A stretch of 64,000 bases of DNA, taken from Azolla caroliniana. Its lineage: Eukaryota > Plantae > Polypodiophyta. A program made the translations under genes and the position numbers. The notes beneath the pieces were generated by a model that ran no database searches, was not told the origin of the DNA, and was given only the letters and a program-made list of their open reading frames with translations. This document shows, piece after piece, positions 13,096 to 25,585 of the stretch. The stretch covers positions 3,472,001 to 3,536,000 of the forward strand of contig JBHGNT010000022.1 of the NCBI GenBank assembly GCA_043228905.1, given 5' to 3'. Positions within the stretch are counted from its first letter, which is position 1, and each line of letters starts with the position of its first letter.

Positions 13096-13475
13096 CGTGG
13101 CATATGTTACACATGTAAATATACAAAATAATAATAATAATCTTGGCAAAAAGATAACAGAACTAACTGTCATGATAGACACTTCTTGACATGTGTTTTT
13201 AAGACTATAAGTAAGCAGTCACAAATCATGCAACTATTATGAGTGGTGGAGCTATTATTGCTATTTGGGGACTAGTACTATCATTAATAGTATATTCCTT
13301 TTCCCTAGACATCATGAAACACTTAATTTCCCTAAAACCTAATACTTCATGTTCTCTGTCGCCACAAAAACAGAAGTTTTTTCGAGCATAGAAATTTTCT
13401 TCTGTGTTTCCTCATAAACAACAACCTTCATCGCTGTCTCTACAAATATCACATATATTTCACAAAGACGACAAC

Positions 13476-13945
13476 ATGCCGATCCATGTATCTGATCATC
13501 TTCGACAATGACTCAACAACAAAGGACTTCAGGCTTACCTAAGAATGGCGGATTCCGAACCTCACCCACACACCACAGAAGTGATTCAGAGCATCGACAT
13601 CACCAAATTAACTAACAAACAGGTACATTGTGTGTTAAACTTAAAAAGAGAAGGTTTTGATGCAGTCAAGAAAATGGATAACGACATGTTGCGATCATAT
13701 TTCAGAGAATACTCATGAAGTCGCCAAATTTCTGTTGGAAGTTGCTTTTGTCAGTCCTAGGTTTTATTGTATGCCGAAAAAACGAGCATGATTTATTACA
13801 ACAACTTATGAAGGGGAAATTTTTGATTGGGGCATCTTAACATCCGAGGTACTCCGGGAGCAGCTGAAGCGGATACGGGGAGGTAAACTAATGAAGCCCA
13901 TCTTTGCCTAATGGCTGGCCATTTTGTGTCCGACACCAAGTTCGA
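13476..13945 (+). pseudogene. A extra 3' ORF, disrupted, function unknown
   Basis: MPIHVSDHLRQ*LNNKGLQAYLRMAD...RSYFREYS...EVAKFLLEVAFVSP...EGEIFDWG...WLAILCP aligns by eye with the ORF at 25088-25585. Confidence 0.7.
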
Positions 13946-13949
13946 AAAT

Positions 13950-15366
13950 GTTCTCATTATGGGAGAATCTACAAGCCATGTACAGAAAAAAGTCCTCATC
14001 TTCAAAACTAATTTTGATCAAACAACTGTTCAACATGAACATGAGAGAAACCGATCCGGCTACCTCTCACATCAACACCTTTAGCCGGGTGTTGTCAGAA
14101 CTCTCCTCACAAGGGATCAACTTCGAAGAAGAAGTGAAAGTCCTTGCCCTCCTATCGAGCCTGCCGGCGACCTGGGAGGTATTCTGCATGACATATGCCA
14201 ATAGCCGATTGATCCTAAATCTGGATGAGATGATCAGTCAAGTCCTCACTGAGGACATTTGGAGAAAATCAATGGGACTTACCATTGATGAATCGGCAGA
14301 AGCCCATCAATCGACCGAGTCGTTCGACCGACAAAGTCGAACAAGAGAACAAGCTGACAAAAACAATCGGAACACCAACTGATAAAAAACGAGGGGAGAC
14401 CGTCAGCGGTCGAAGTCAAGAACGGGCCGATCAGGTGAATTCTGCATACACTGCAGAAAAGTTGGCCACAATGTTTCTGACTGCTAGTCGATCAAGAGGA
14501 AAGAGAGTGGTCGGCAATTCGAGCGAAATCGAGGATGACCCGACTCGGACCGCTCTCCAATCGGCAACCAAATCAATGTTGCCAACTCCCAATTAGGAGA
14601 AATTCTCTCTTTAGAGGATTCAATGATCGGAGAAGTCTTGTACTATGCACAAGATGCACACACATGGTTACTGGATTCCGGTGCCACATTCCATGTGACC
14701 CCAAACATTGAATGGTTTTCGAACTATTCAACCAACGACAATGGCACAGTCCGACTAGGCAATGGGCATGAGTGCAGAATCGTAGGGACCGGAGAGGCTC
14801 CCACCTGATTGCCCAATGACAACATGATCACGCTGCACCAAGTCAGGCACGTACCCGACCTGAAAAGGAGTTTGGTCTCCATCAGCATGTTGGCAGAAGA
14901 CGGGTACCAAACGACTCTAAGTGAGTCGATATGGATGATCAGCCGGGGAAATCTCAGAATTGGGAGTGGACACAAGTACAATATCTTGTTCCCATTGATG
15001 GCGATCAATCTAGAAAGGGTTGTGAATGTAGCCGAAAAGACCGACCCAAACTTATGGCATGGTCGACTAGGACATATGTCTCAACCAGACTTGATCGGCT
15101 GATGGCGGTCGGCCACATCCCTAAACTCCAAGCAAAGACAGACTTCTGCGAGCATTGTCGATATGGGAAACATACTCGAAGTCCCCACTCTCTCCACTAC
15201 AAGACGGTACGATAACCCCTACAGCTCGTGCACACAGATATATGTGGGCCCATGCCAAAGCGATCACTAGGAGGCTCCCGATACTTCATCACCTTTGTAG
15301 ATGATTGTACACGGAAGGTCTGGGCCTACTCAATCAGGGCCAAAGCCGAAGCTCTCGAGGTCTTCA
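13950..15366 (+). pseudogene. B1 part 1: Tnt1/Tork-like copia gag (partial), PR and integrase N-terminus
   Basis: SLWENLQAMY...LLSSLP, knuckle CIHCRKVGHNVSDC, PR WLLDSGATFHVTP, LWHGRLGH, FCEHC, HTDICGP. Confidence 0.88.
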
Positions 15367-15633
15367 TCTTGGAAATTCGGTCCCTCCAAATGGGATCCGG
15401 AGGAGCTGGATCGGACGAGCCAAAGGAAGGAAGCGGGTCGGATGTAGCAACCAGACCAGACTGGAAGGTATCCAGATGGATCCGGTGTGAACCGGATCTA
15501 GGGACATATTTGCAAATATGTTTCTGGTGTGCTTGTAAAGGTTATATTTGTAATTTCTCTTAAAGTCAATAAGTATAAATATGACTTAGGGCAATCACTT
15601 CGTAATGTTGTTGTTAGTTGTATCATTGTTGTA

Positions 15634-15691
<58 letters not shown>

Positions 15692-15707
15692 AAGCTGAAC
15701 AAGTTTT
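15367..15707 (+). repeat. C': partial LTR (U3-R) of the CCGG-rich copia family inserted in B1
   Basis: Starts TCTTGGAAATTCGGTCCCTCC, a decayed form of the start of the 25581-26088 LTR. Contains ACATATTTGCAAATATGT, TATAAATATGACTTAGGGCAA and a (GA)n tract. Interrupted by D. Confidence 0.75.
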
Positions 15708-16353
15708 TGTTGGGAGACAGGTCCCTCCGGATGGGAAGGGAGAAGAACAGTGCCGATGAACAAACTCGGCCGAGGCCGACAGGCCTCGGCCGAAACCGGA
15801 TGAGGAGTACCCGGCTATGGAGAGCCGGATGATACAGACCCGGTGAAGACCGGATGAGGAGTACCCGGCTACGGAGAGCCGGATGGTGCAGACCCGGTGT
15901 GAACCGGATGGTGCAGGCCCGGTGAGAACCGGATGAGGAGCGCCCGGCTACGGAGAGCCAGATGGTGCAGGCCCGGTGAGAACCGGATGAGGAGCACCCG
16001 GCTACGGAGAGCCGGATGACGCAGACCCGGTGAAGACCGGATGAGGAGTACCCGGCTACGGAGAGCCGGATGGTGCAGACCCGGTGTGAACCGGATGAGG
16101 AGTACCCGGCTACGGAGAGCCGGATGGTGCAGGCCCGGTGAGAACCGGATGAGGAGCACCCGGCTACAGAGAGCCGGATGACGCAGACCCGGTGAGAACC
16201 GGAGGAAGAGACATATTCGTAAATATGTTTCTGAGAGCCCATCAAGGCTATATTTGTAAATAGCCGAAAAGTCATATTAGTATAAATATGACTTAGGGCA
16301 AACCTTTAGTTGTTGTCATTTTCTGTTTTGCACGAGATTAGTGTGCGTAACTG

Positions 16354-16404
<51 letters not shown>

Positions 16405-17062
16405 GTCGTTGCCTCTGTTGTAACCGCCGCCTGTGGCGAAGATTTGTGAGCACGAGGTCGGTGCCTCAGTGAACTCACTGTTGTATATTCCTACATAGTG
16501 ACAGTTTGCAGCCTGTGGGCTGCCGTGGTTTTTCCCCTAGTTTGGGGTTTTCCACGTAAACCTCCTGTGTATTCTCTTCTTCTTCTTATCGTGTTTTTAT
16601 TTCCCGTTTTTCTGTGTATCATTCTAAGCTCGGTTGTGGCCGAGCGTTGTGCATTAGGAGCGTTGAGTTCCCGTCAAGTGGTATCAGAGCAAAATCGACA
16701 CATAAAATGGACGAATCGTTTGGCGGCATGTTCAAGCTCACCGGCTCCAACTATTCAGTGTGGAAGTCGAAGATGAGGGACATGCTCGTGGTTAAAGATC
16801 TTTGGCTACCGGTTCAGTTCGGGGACAAGAGACCGGACAAGATCGACGCCACAATATGGGAGGTGATGCACATGAAGACAACAACGTACATACGGTGCTT
16901 CATCGACATGAGCCTATACAACAACTTCAATGAAGAGAGCAAGGCTCATGAGCTCTGGGAGAAGATCGGTATAATGTTTCAGAACAAAAATGCTGTTAAT
17001 CAAGTGTCGGTATTCCGGAAGCTAGTAAGACTCCGGTACCAAGATGGCTCCAGCATGGCAGA
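15708..17062 (+). mobile_element. D: 5' fragment of a CCGG-rich copia element (LTR 15708-16676, PBS-Met 16679-16690, gag from 16707)
   Basis: TG...CA LTR, PBS TGGTATCAGAGC, gag MDESFGGMFKLTGSNYSVWKSKMRD..., cut at DGSSMAE by a deletion into B1 integrase. Confidence 0.88.
15796..16203 (+). repeat. U3 tandem array in the D LTR (~54-bp higher-order unit)
   Basis: Alternating CCGGATGAGGAGTACCCGGCTACGGAGAG and CCGGATGGTGCAGRCCCGGTGWGAA subunits, about 7 cycles. Confidence 0.9.
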
Positions 17063-17891
17063 AACGGAGTGGCAAAACGGATCAACCGAGAGATCCAGGA
17101 GATGGTGATGGCAATGCTCCAACAAGCCAGACTAAACCAGGAGTTCTGGGCTGAGGCATTGTAGACGGCAGTATACTTGGTAAATCTATCACCGTCGAAA
17201 GCAATCAGGTTCGAAGTACCACAGGCAATATGGTAAGGCAAACAACTGACCTACGATAGGCTTTGCGTATTCGGATGTGAAGCCTACACATTCATCCCCA
17301 TGGAGAAAAGGACCAAGTTGGTACCCCATGCGAAGAAATGCATATTCCTCGGTTATGGAACCGATGGTGATTTTGGCTACCGGCTATGGGACCCTGAGAA
17401 CCGGAAACTAATATGGAGCAGTGATGTAGTTTTCAATGAAGACCTTGTCTCAGTGGAACTAACAGAAAATAGTTGGTAAAAAGGTATCATTCGAAAAGAA
17501 CAGAGATGTCATAGAAGGACCATCCCACCAAGAAGAATTAGAGATTCAACAAACACTTGAACTCGACCAAGCCGACAACATACCTATCGAGTCTGAAACA
17601 GTAGGAGGTCCACTAGTCGATCTCGAAGACAAAGGCGATTTGACAAGAGTTGAAGAAGCCAAAGTCAACAAGATGTGAGTAGGAAACAAAACCGAGTTGA
17701 CAAAGTTCATAGGGGACGACAACGTGACACCACTGAAATCCCGACTTGGGGGCGTGTCATCTAACAAGTCTCTTGACACAAATGGTTCAACAAATACCGA
17801 TCGACCAACAGAGACGATTGAAGAATCCGAGCCACTTATCTCGACAACCAAGAGATCTGGACGAGCTGGAAGGCAGATAGAGTTCTACCAA
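17063..17891 (+). pseudogene. B1 part 2: integrase core, C-terminus and linker
   Basis: NGVAKRIN...EFWAEAL*TAVYLVNLSP...KCIFLGYG...GYRLWDP. Homologous to the reverse complement of 19850-20690. Confidence 0.85.
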
Positions 17892-20800
17892 CGTTAGGTT
17901 ATCGCTTATATACTAAGCCATAACTATATGGACGAGTTCACACTAGGATACAAAGTCATAACTATATCACTTATATACTAAGCCATAACTATATGGATGA
18001 GTTCACACTATATGGACAGAGTCGGCCTTTTATGCCAACAAACTCCCCCGTAAGAGGACTACTCCGTCCTACATGTACATGTGTTTGGGGTTGTCTCCCC
18101 CGTAAACCTAGATTACAACACTAGTCTAAATTTATGTTACAAGTCGGTCGGCATATAGTTGAGTTGGCAAAGGTGAGGTCTGTGGTGAGCCTAGAATGGC
18201 TCATTATCATGATTGATTCGGTCGACTGTTACCTTCTGCTCCTCGTTCGGCTTTCTTCTGCTGGGTCACTTGTCATAGTTCCATCTTTCTCTTTAGTGCT
18301 CTGAAGCGTTGATCTGGGAGTGGCTTCGTCATGCAATCAACGATGTTCACCTCGGTGTCGATCTTCCAGACTTCGAGCTTCTTCTCAGTTATGCGCTCCC
18401 GGATGTAATGATAAATGATACTATACCTCAATGTGCTTCGTCTTTGCGTGATAGACGGGATTGTTAATGAGGTGAATTGCGCTATGTGAGTCGCAATAGA
18501 TGGTCGACGCTGATAAGTCGATTCAACTTGTAGATGAGAAGTTGATAGATAGTCAGTGCAGCGAGATCGCTTCTTTCGCTGCCTCCGATGCTACTATGTA
18601 GTCGGCCTTTGTGGTCGATAGGGCCATGCACTCTTGAAGCTTCGAGCTCCATGATATCGCACTGACACCATAGGTGAAAATATAGCCTGATGTTGACTTC
18701 CGATTGTCCATATTTCCAGCATAGTCGGAGTCAGTGTAGCCTTCGACTTCAGCAAAGGTTGTAAAACCGAAAGTTAGCTGTGTATCTTCGATCCCTCTCA
18801 GGTACCTGAAGATGTGCTTGACAACCTCCCAATGCTTCCGTCCTGGATTTGACATGTACCGATTGACCACCACCATTACGTACATGATACTTCCTACGGC
18901 CGATGCAAGGGCATATTTCCATTAAGCTCTCTCTCCTTGTCCATTGAAGGAGAGTCTCTGTCCGATAGTCGGATCAATATTGGAAGCGGTGTTGGTGATG
19001 GCTTTGCATTCTGCATGTTGAAGCATCTTAGGACCTTCCGGATATAGTTAGACTGGGAGAGTCAGAGAGTCTTAGTCATCCAATTTCGCTCAATCCTCAT
19101 GCCCAGTATGTGACGGGCTTGTCCGAGTTCCTTCATCGCGAACTTGTCGTGAAGGCTCCGCTTAAGCTTTCCGATCTCTGCTTGGTTGCTTCCTGCAATC
19201 AACATGTCATCGACATATAGGATCAGATAAATCCTAGACTCGTCAACCAGTTGCCCAATATACATGCATGGGTCGGACTCGGATCGGCCGAATATCCAAG
19301 TTGCATGATGTAGGAGTCGAACTTCTAGTACCACATCCTCGGCACTTGTTTCAAGCCATAGAGGCTTTTCTTCAGTTGACATACGAGGTGAATTTCCTCC
19401 CTCGTCGTCGTGAAGGCAACCGGTTGAGACATGTACATATCTTCTTCTAGATCTCCGTGTAGGAATGCCGTCTTTATGTCCATTTGCTCAAGCTCCATGT
19501 CTTCTGTTGCTATAACTCCTGGTAGGAGTCGGTGGGTGGTCATCTTGACTACATGTAAGAATATCTCGTCGTAGTGGACCCCGTGTTCTTGTTTGAAACC
19601 TTTCACGACAAGCCGGGATTTGTATTTTGGTTTCTTTGAGTCAGATACATATCTGTATCGGAAAACCCATTTGCAAGGTAGCGGTTTTCTTCTAGATGGT
19701 AGTTCAACCAACTCCTATGTCTGATTCTTGTGAATCGATTCCATTTTGGATTTCATGGCTTGTAGCCATGTATCAGTGTTCGTTATGGCCATAGCTTCTT
19801 CATAAGTGCTTGGTTTGTGTGCATCGGTGTAGTTGACATAGTCGAGGCCAGGTTGGTAGAACTCTATTTGCCTTCGAGCTCATCCAGATCTCCTAGTTGT
19901 CGAGATAAGTGGCTCGGATTCTTCGATCGGCTCTGTTGGTCGATCGATATTTGTTGAACCATTTGTGTCAGGAGTCTTGTTAGGTGACACGCCCCCAAGT
20001 CGGGATTTCAGTGGTGTCACGTTGTCCTCCCCTATGGACTTTGTCGACTTGGTTCTATTTCCTACTTGCATCTTGTTGACTTTGCCTTCTTCGACTCTTG
20101 TCGAATCAGCTTTGTCTTCGAGTTCGACTAGACTATGGACTTCCTACTGATTCCGAGTCGGTAGGTATGTTGTCGGCTTGGTCGAGTTCGACTATTTGTC
20201 GAATCTCTGAGTTAGCCCGGTTGGATGAACTTTCTATGACAACTTTGTTTTCTTCGAAGGATACCCTTTTACCAACTGTTTTTTGCTGGTTCCGCTGAGA
20301 GAAGATAGAGTCTTCATCGAAGACTACATCACTGCTCCGTATCAGTTTCCGGTTCTCAGGATCCCATAGCCGGTAGCCAAAGTTCCCATCGGTTCCATAA
20401 CCGAGAAATATGCATTTCGTTGCATGGGGTGCCAACTTGGTCCTTTCCTCCCTAGGTATGAACACGTAGGCTTCGCATCCGAATACGCGAGCCTATCGTA
20501 GGTCGGTTGTTTGCCTGACCATAGTGCCTGTGGCACTTCGAGCTTGATTGCCTTCGACGGTGAGAGATTTACCAAGTATACTACCGTCTGCAATGCTTCA
20601 ACCCAGAACTCCAACTTTAGTCCAGATTGTTGGAGAATTGCCGTAACCCTCTCCTGGATCGTTCAGTTGATCCGTTCTACCACTCCATTCAGTATGGGTG
20701 TGTAAGGAATGTTCTTTTGATGTTGGATTCCTTTGTTTGATAGGTATTCCCTGAAGGCTCTAGAGGTATATTCGCCTTCGTTGTCAGATCGGAGTGTCTT

Positions 20801-22590
20801 GACTCTGTGTCCTGACCGGTTCTCCACTTCAGATGTCCACCGAGTGAAGACCTCGAGCGCTTCGTCTTTGGACCTGATCAATTAGGCCCAGACTGTCCAT
20901 GTACAGTCATCTACAAAGGTGATGAAGTACCGGAACCCGCCTAGTGATCGCTCTGGCCTGGGCCCACATATATCTGTGTGCACGAGCTCTAGGGGCTTTC
21001 GTACCATCTCGTAGTGGAGAGTGTGCGGACTTTGGGTCTATTTCCCGTATTGACAATGCTCGAAGAAATCCATCTTTTGTTGGAGTTGAGGGATGTAGCC
21101 TACTAACATCAGCCGATCAAGTCCAGCTTGAGACATATGGCCAAGTCGGCCATGCCATAAGTTTGGGTTGGTCTTTTCGACTACGTTCACGACCCCTTCT
21201 GGATTGATCGTCATCATTGGGTACAAGTTATTGTACTTGTGTCCGCCTCCTATCTTTAGGTTTTCTCGATTGATCATCCATACTGACTCACTTAGAGTCA
21301 TTTTGTACCCGTCTTCGGCTAACATGCCGATGGAGACCAGACTCCTTTTAAGATTAGGTGCGTGCCGAACTCAATGTAGGGTTATTGTGTTGTCGTTTGA
21401 CAACCTGATGGGAACCTCTCTGGTCTTTACTATTCTGTGCTCCTGCCCGTTGCTTAGTCGGACTGTGCCGCTAGCATCGGCTGAATAGTTCGAAAACCAT
21501 TCAATGTTCGGGGTCACGTGGAATGTGGCACCGATCCAATAGCAATGTGTGTGCATCTTGTGCAATTTAGAGGACTTCTCCGATCACTGAATCCTCTAAG
21601 GAGAGCAAAATGTTAGGAAACAGGTCCCTCCGGATGAGAAGTGAGAAGAACAGTACTGATGAGCAAACTCGGCCGAGGCCGAAACTGGATGTGGAGTACC
21701 CGACTATGGAAGACCCAGTGAGAACCGGATGATGAGTACCCGGCTACGGAAGACCCGGTGAGAACCGGATGTGGAGTACCTGGCTATGGAAGACTCGGTG
21801 AGAACCGGATGAGGAGTACCCAGCAACGGAAGACCCAGTGAGAACCGGATGACGAGTACCCGGCAAGCGCCGGATGATGCAGGCCCGGTGAGGAGTGCTC
21901 ACCGGATGAAGGGACATATTCGTAAATATGTTTTCTGAGAGTCCATCGGGCTATATTTGTAAATAGCCGAAAAGTCATATTAGTATAAATATGACTTAGG
22001 GCAAACTTAGTAAGGATGTTGTTGTCATTCTTGTTGGCGCAAGATTAGAGCGCGCAACTGTGTACAGAGAGAGTGAGAGAGAGGAAGAGGTCGTTGCCTC
22101 TGTTGTAACCACCGCCTGTGACAAAGATAGAAAGCTCGAGGTCGTTGCTTCGGTGCTTTACCATTTGTACATTCTGACATAGTGATAGTTTGCAGTCTGT
22201 GGGCTGCCGTGGTTTTTTCCCTAGTTGGGTTTTTTCCACGTTAACATCCTGTGTTCTCTTCTCTCCATTGTGTCGTGCATTCATTCCCCGTTTGTTCTGT
22301 GTTTTGATTCTAAGCTCGGTTGTGGCCGAGCGTTGTTCATCGGGAGCGTGTGTTCTTGTCACAAACAACACAGAAGGAAGGCAAGGAGATATAGACACAT
22401 AGATGAAGCTTTAATGAAAGTTCTCTTTATTTCTGTTCTCTCTCTCTCTCTCTCTTAGAGACTTGTTACAAGAATGATCAAGAAGCTTTTCCTTACAACG
22501 TTAGGTTATTCTTTATATACTAAGCCCTAACTATATGGACGAGTTCACACTAGGATACAAAGTGGAAGGAGTCGGCTTTTTATGCCAACA
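17889..22590 (-). mobile_element. B2: second copy of copia family B, gag deleted
   Basis: 5' LTR remnant 22362-22590 and truncated 3' LTR 17889-18040 share sequence (both start TGTTGGCATAAAA on the - strand). PPT 18041-18049. PR, INT, RT (YVDD) and RH (YTDSDYAG) lie in 18300-21600. Confidence 0.9.
21611..22361 (+). repeat. Solo LTR of D type inserted in the B2 5' LTR
   Basis: TG...CA, homologous to 15708-16676, ~40-bp U3 repeats, flanks CAAAA/CAAAC (4/5 TSD match), no PBS after it. Confidence 0.82.
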
Positions 22591-23114
22591 GAAATGGCAG
22601 TACATGAGACAGTGGCCGGAGAAGACAAATGGTTCACTGACATGCACGAGTTCCTGAGTATTGGACTAGCTTTGGAAGAGCTGAGTTGGGACGAACGGAA
22701 ATGCCTGGCTGTCCAAAGTCACCATTTTTGTTTGATATAGGATACATTGTACCACAAGGGAGCGGACGACATTTGGCGGCGCACGGTATGGAGTGACGAG
22801 AAGGAAGCGATCTTACGAGAGTCCCATTCCAGAGTAGTCGGTGGGCATTATGCTGGTCATGCCACTGCCCGGAAAATTTGGGGTAGTGGATTATGGTGGC
22901 CGACAACCCTCAAAGATGCGGTCCTATATTGTAAAGGGTGTGATCTTTGCCAACGGTTGGGCCAACCAACAGAATAGGCCCGAATGCCCCATCAACGGGT
23001 GTTGCCATTAGAACCATTTCAAAAGTTGGGGTTAGACTTCGTGGGACCATTTAAGACACCGACGATGCGCACAGGGAACTAGTACATCATAGTAGCCATA
23101 GACTACTGCACAAA

Positions 23115-23831
23115 TGTTGGGATTACGGTCCCTCCGGATGGGATGGTCAGATGTCCGGGAATCGGGATTGAAGACCCCGGCTACGGAGCCGGATGATGAA
23201 GACCCGGCTACGGAGCCGGATGATGAAGACCCCGGCTACGGAGCCGGATGATGAAGACCCCGGTTACGGAGCCGGATGATGAAGACCCCGGCTACGGAGC
23301 CGGATGATGAAGACCCCGGTTATGGAGCCGGATGATGAAGACCCGGCTACGGAGCCGGATGATGAAGACCCCGGAGAGAGATCCGGATGCGGGGACATAT
23401 TTGTGAATATGTTTGCCAAGGGCTCTCTAGGCTACATTTGTAAATAGCCCGAAAGTCATATGTTGTATAAATATGACTTAGGGCAAACAGTTTTTGTTGT
23501 TGCTCATTTTATGTTTCCAGCCGAGGGAGAGCTAAGTGAGCAGCCGAGAGAGAGAGAGAGAGAGACGAAGAGGTCGTTGCCTCTGTGTACTGCCGCCGCC
23601 TGTGGCGAAGTCAGTGAGCTCAAGGTTGTTGCCTTGTAGCTTCACCATTGTACATCTCTGCTGATAGTGATCGTTGGAGTTTGAGGACTCCCGTGGTTTT
23701 TCCCCATTTAGGGTTTTCCACGTAAAACATCCCGTGTACTCTTCTCCCTATTGTACTTCGTGCACTCTGTATTTCCCGTTTTCTGTGAGTTGATCCTATT
23801 CCTCGGTTGTGGCCGAGCACTGTGTTTAACA
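23115..23831 (+). repeat. E: solo LTR of the CCGG-rich copia family
   Basis: TGTTGGGATTACGGTCCC...TTAACA with perfect TSD ACAAA (23110-23114 and 23832-23836). Seven copies of GAAGACCC(C)GGCTACGGAGCCGGATGAT in U3. Confidence 0.93.
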
Positions 23832-25087
23832 ACAAAATAGGGTGGAAGCAAAAGCACTCCGGGACAACATCGCAGCATTGACGACGAAATTTTCGTATGA
23901 GTATATATGGTGCCGATAAGGATGTCGGATCGAGGTGATCAATGATCAGGGAGGAAATTTCCTCAGTCACGTTGTGGAAAGCCTAACAACATTCTATGTG
24001 GTAGTTCATAAATAGTACGCCATACTACCCGCAGGCAAACGGATTGGCGGAATCAACGAACAAGACGCTCCAAAACATTCTCTGGAAAATTGTAAATGAA
24101 AACTGGACGTACTGGGACACCAAATTACACAGTGCATTATGGGCTTATCAAATGGCACATAAAATGAGTATCTAGATGACATTGTTCCGATTGGCATTCG
24201 GGCTAGAGGCCGTCATGCCTATGGAGTTCTAGATTCCCAACTTACGAATCCAGGTCCGGGAGTTATTGAGTGAAAAAGAGTCTAAAAAGATCCGGTTGGT
24301 GACACTTTGCGAATTAGAGGAACACCGGATAGCTAGCCTATTGCAATTGGAGCTGGAGCAAAGGCGACGGAAAGCTTTCGTGAACCGGCATAGGCGCGAG
24401 AATGAGAAGGATTTCGGCATCGGAAGGCCGGTATTGGTATTCCAAACCCGAATGGGCAACATGCCAAGGAAGCTGCGGTTCCGGTTGACCGGACCATTCT
24501 AGATTACAAGGGAGTTCAACGGGTCTTACCAACTTTGCACGTTGGCCGGCGAGATACTGAACAAATGGGTTAAAGGATTCCAACTAAAACTGTACAAAGG
24601 ACCGATGCCAGAGAACCCGTTCCAAGAACCGGAAGAATGACAGAACCAGCAAACTGGCGATGATGGAGTGACCGGTGAATTTCTGTCGACAATGGAGCCG
24701 GTCCAACCAGACACCAAAGAATGACCTAAAGACACTCGGTACGGCGAGGTACTTCAGGCCGTACGTAGAAAAAAAGAAAAAGAAAAAAAGATACTATTTG
24801 AGATTTTGAACAGTCACAATGAAAAGGTGTCACATCAACCATGTAAAGCGCACCAAGGGGTGTCATCATGCTAATATTGTACACAACGTGCATGAGCGGG
24901 AATCAAGAAGTGGTGCTGGCGAAAGATGGGGGCACAAAACTTCTGGACGAATGAAGGAGTCTCATTTCGCGAACGCAATATCTTGAGAGCGCAACAAAGC
25001 ACACAGGCTTCTGGACAAGCACATGCGATCAACAGAGCCCATGCATTCACTAGCAGGAGCGAAGCCGAAGAAGAAGATACAGGACCA

Positions 25088-25585
25088 ATGGCAGTCTCGA
25101 CGCTACTAGAGACTGGTTCAGTAAGCATGGACTGGAAGGATTCCTCCAGGTAGCGGATGTACCACCACCCGAAGAACCGGAGAAGGTCGCATCAACAATC
25201 GACCTCAATGAAATCTCCAAAGGCACGGTGTATGTTGTCGTCGGATTCCGTGCCGGAGGACTGTGTTCCATCGAAAACCCCTCCATAGAAATCCTGACCG
25301 AATACTTCGGAGAGTACTCCATCGCTAGCAAAACGTACCAAACACAAGGCGACGAGGATCCCCTATTCAGGGAGGTGGCCCACATTTTGTTGGAATACAG
25401 ATTTGTGCATCCTCGACCACCAGCCATGCCAAAGAACAGGGCCAGATTCATCATAGCAACAGTTGAAGGTCTCAAGGTGGACTGGTTGGTAATTATAGCC
25501 GACTCTCTATGGACAAGCATTGCATCCATAGTGGATGGGAAGAAAGCATTGTGCGGGTTAGCACAATGGCTAACATTATTGGTCA
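25088..25585 (+). pseudogene. A2 extra 3' ORF, one frameshift near the start, 3'-truncated
   Basis: DATRDWFSKHGLEGFLQVAD...ILTEYFGEYS...EVAHILLEYRFVHP...EGLKVDWL...AQWLTLL; homologous to 13476-13945. Confidence 0.72.

Larger units (their letters stand above)
8234..13945 (+). mobile_element. A: Athila-like (OTA clade) Ty3/gypsy element, decayed and 3'-truncated
   Basis: LTR end ~8302, degenerate PBS TGGCATGCTCGGT (8310; possibly tRNA-Arg), gag, PR IVDGGSGVNV, RT VPKKNGKLRVCVDY...FLDD, RH FIDASD, INT GGHYAG...GLWWPT...KWGLDFVGP, then an extra 3' ORF. Confidence 0.85.
22591..25585 (+). mobile_element. A2: fragment of a second, divergent Athila-like element (integrase, 3' region, extra ORF)
   Basis: YHKGADDIWRR...GGHYAGHATARKIWGSGLWWPT...CDLCQRLG; integrase core; KLRFRLTGPF; pol ends ~24640. 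Confidence 0.85.

Noticed and set aside
15595-16275. 226-aa repetitive ORF and similar LTR ORFs (e.g. 34693-35175, 41794-42360, 52076-52408)
   Set aside because: These are translations of GC-rich U3 arrays and GA tracts, with no conserved frame or start between LTR variants.
15637-16400. (GA)n microsatellites as independent features
   Set aside because: They are length-variable parts of the LTR R region found in all family copies.
23170-23373. 28-bp repeat array resembling CRISPR
   Set aside because: Repeats are head-to-tail with no unique spacers, no cas genes are present, and the array lies within a TSD-bounded LTR.
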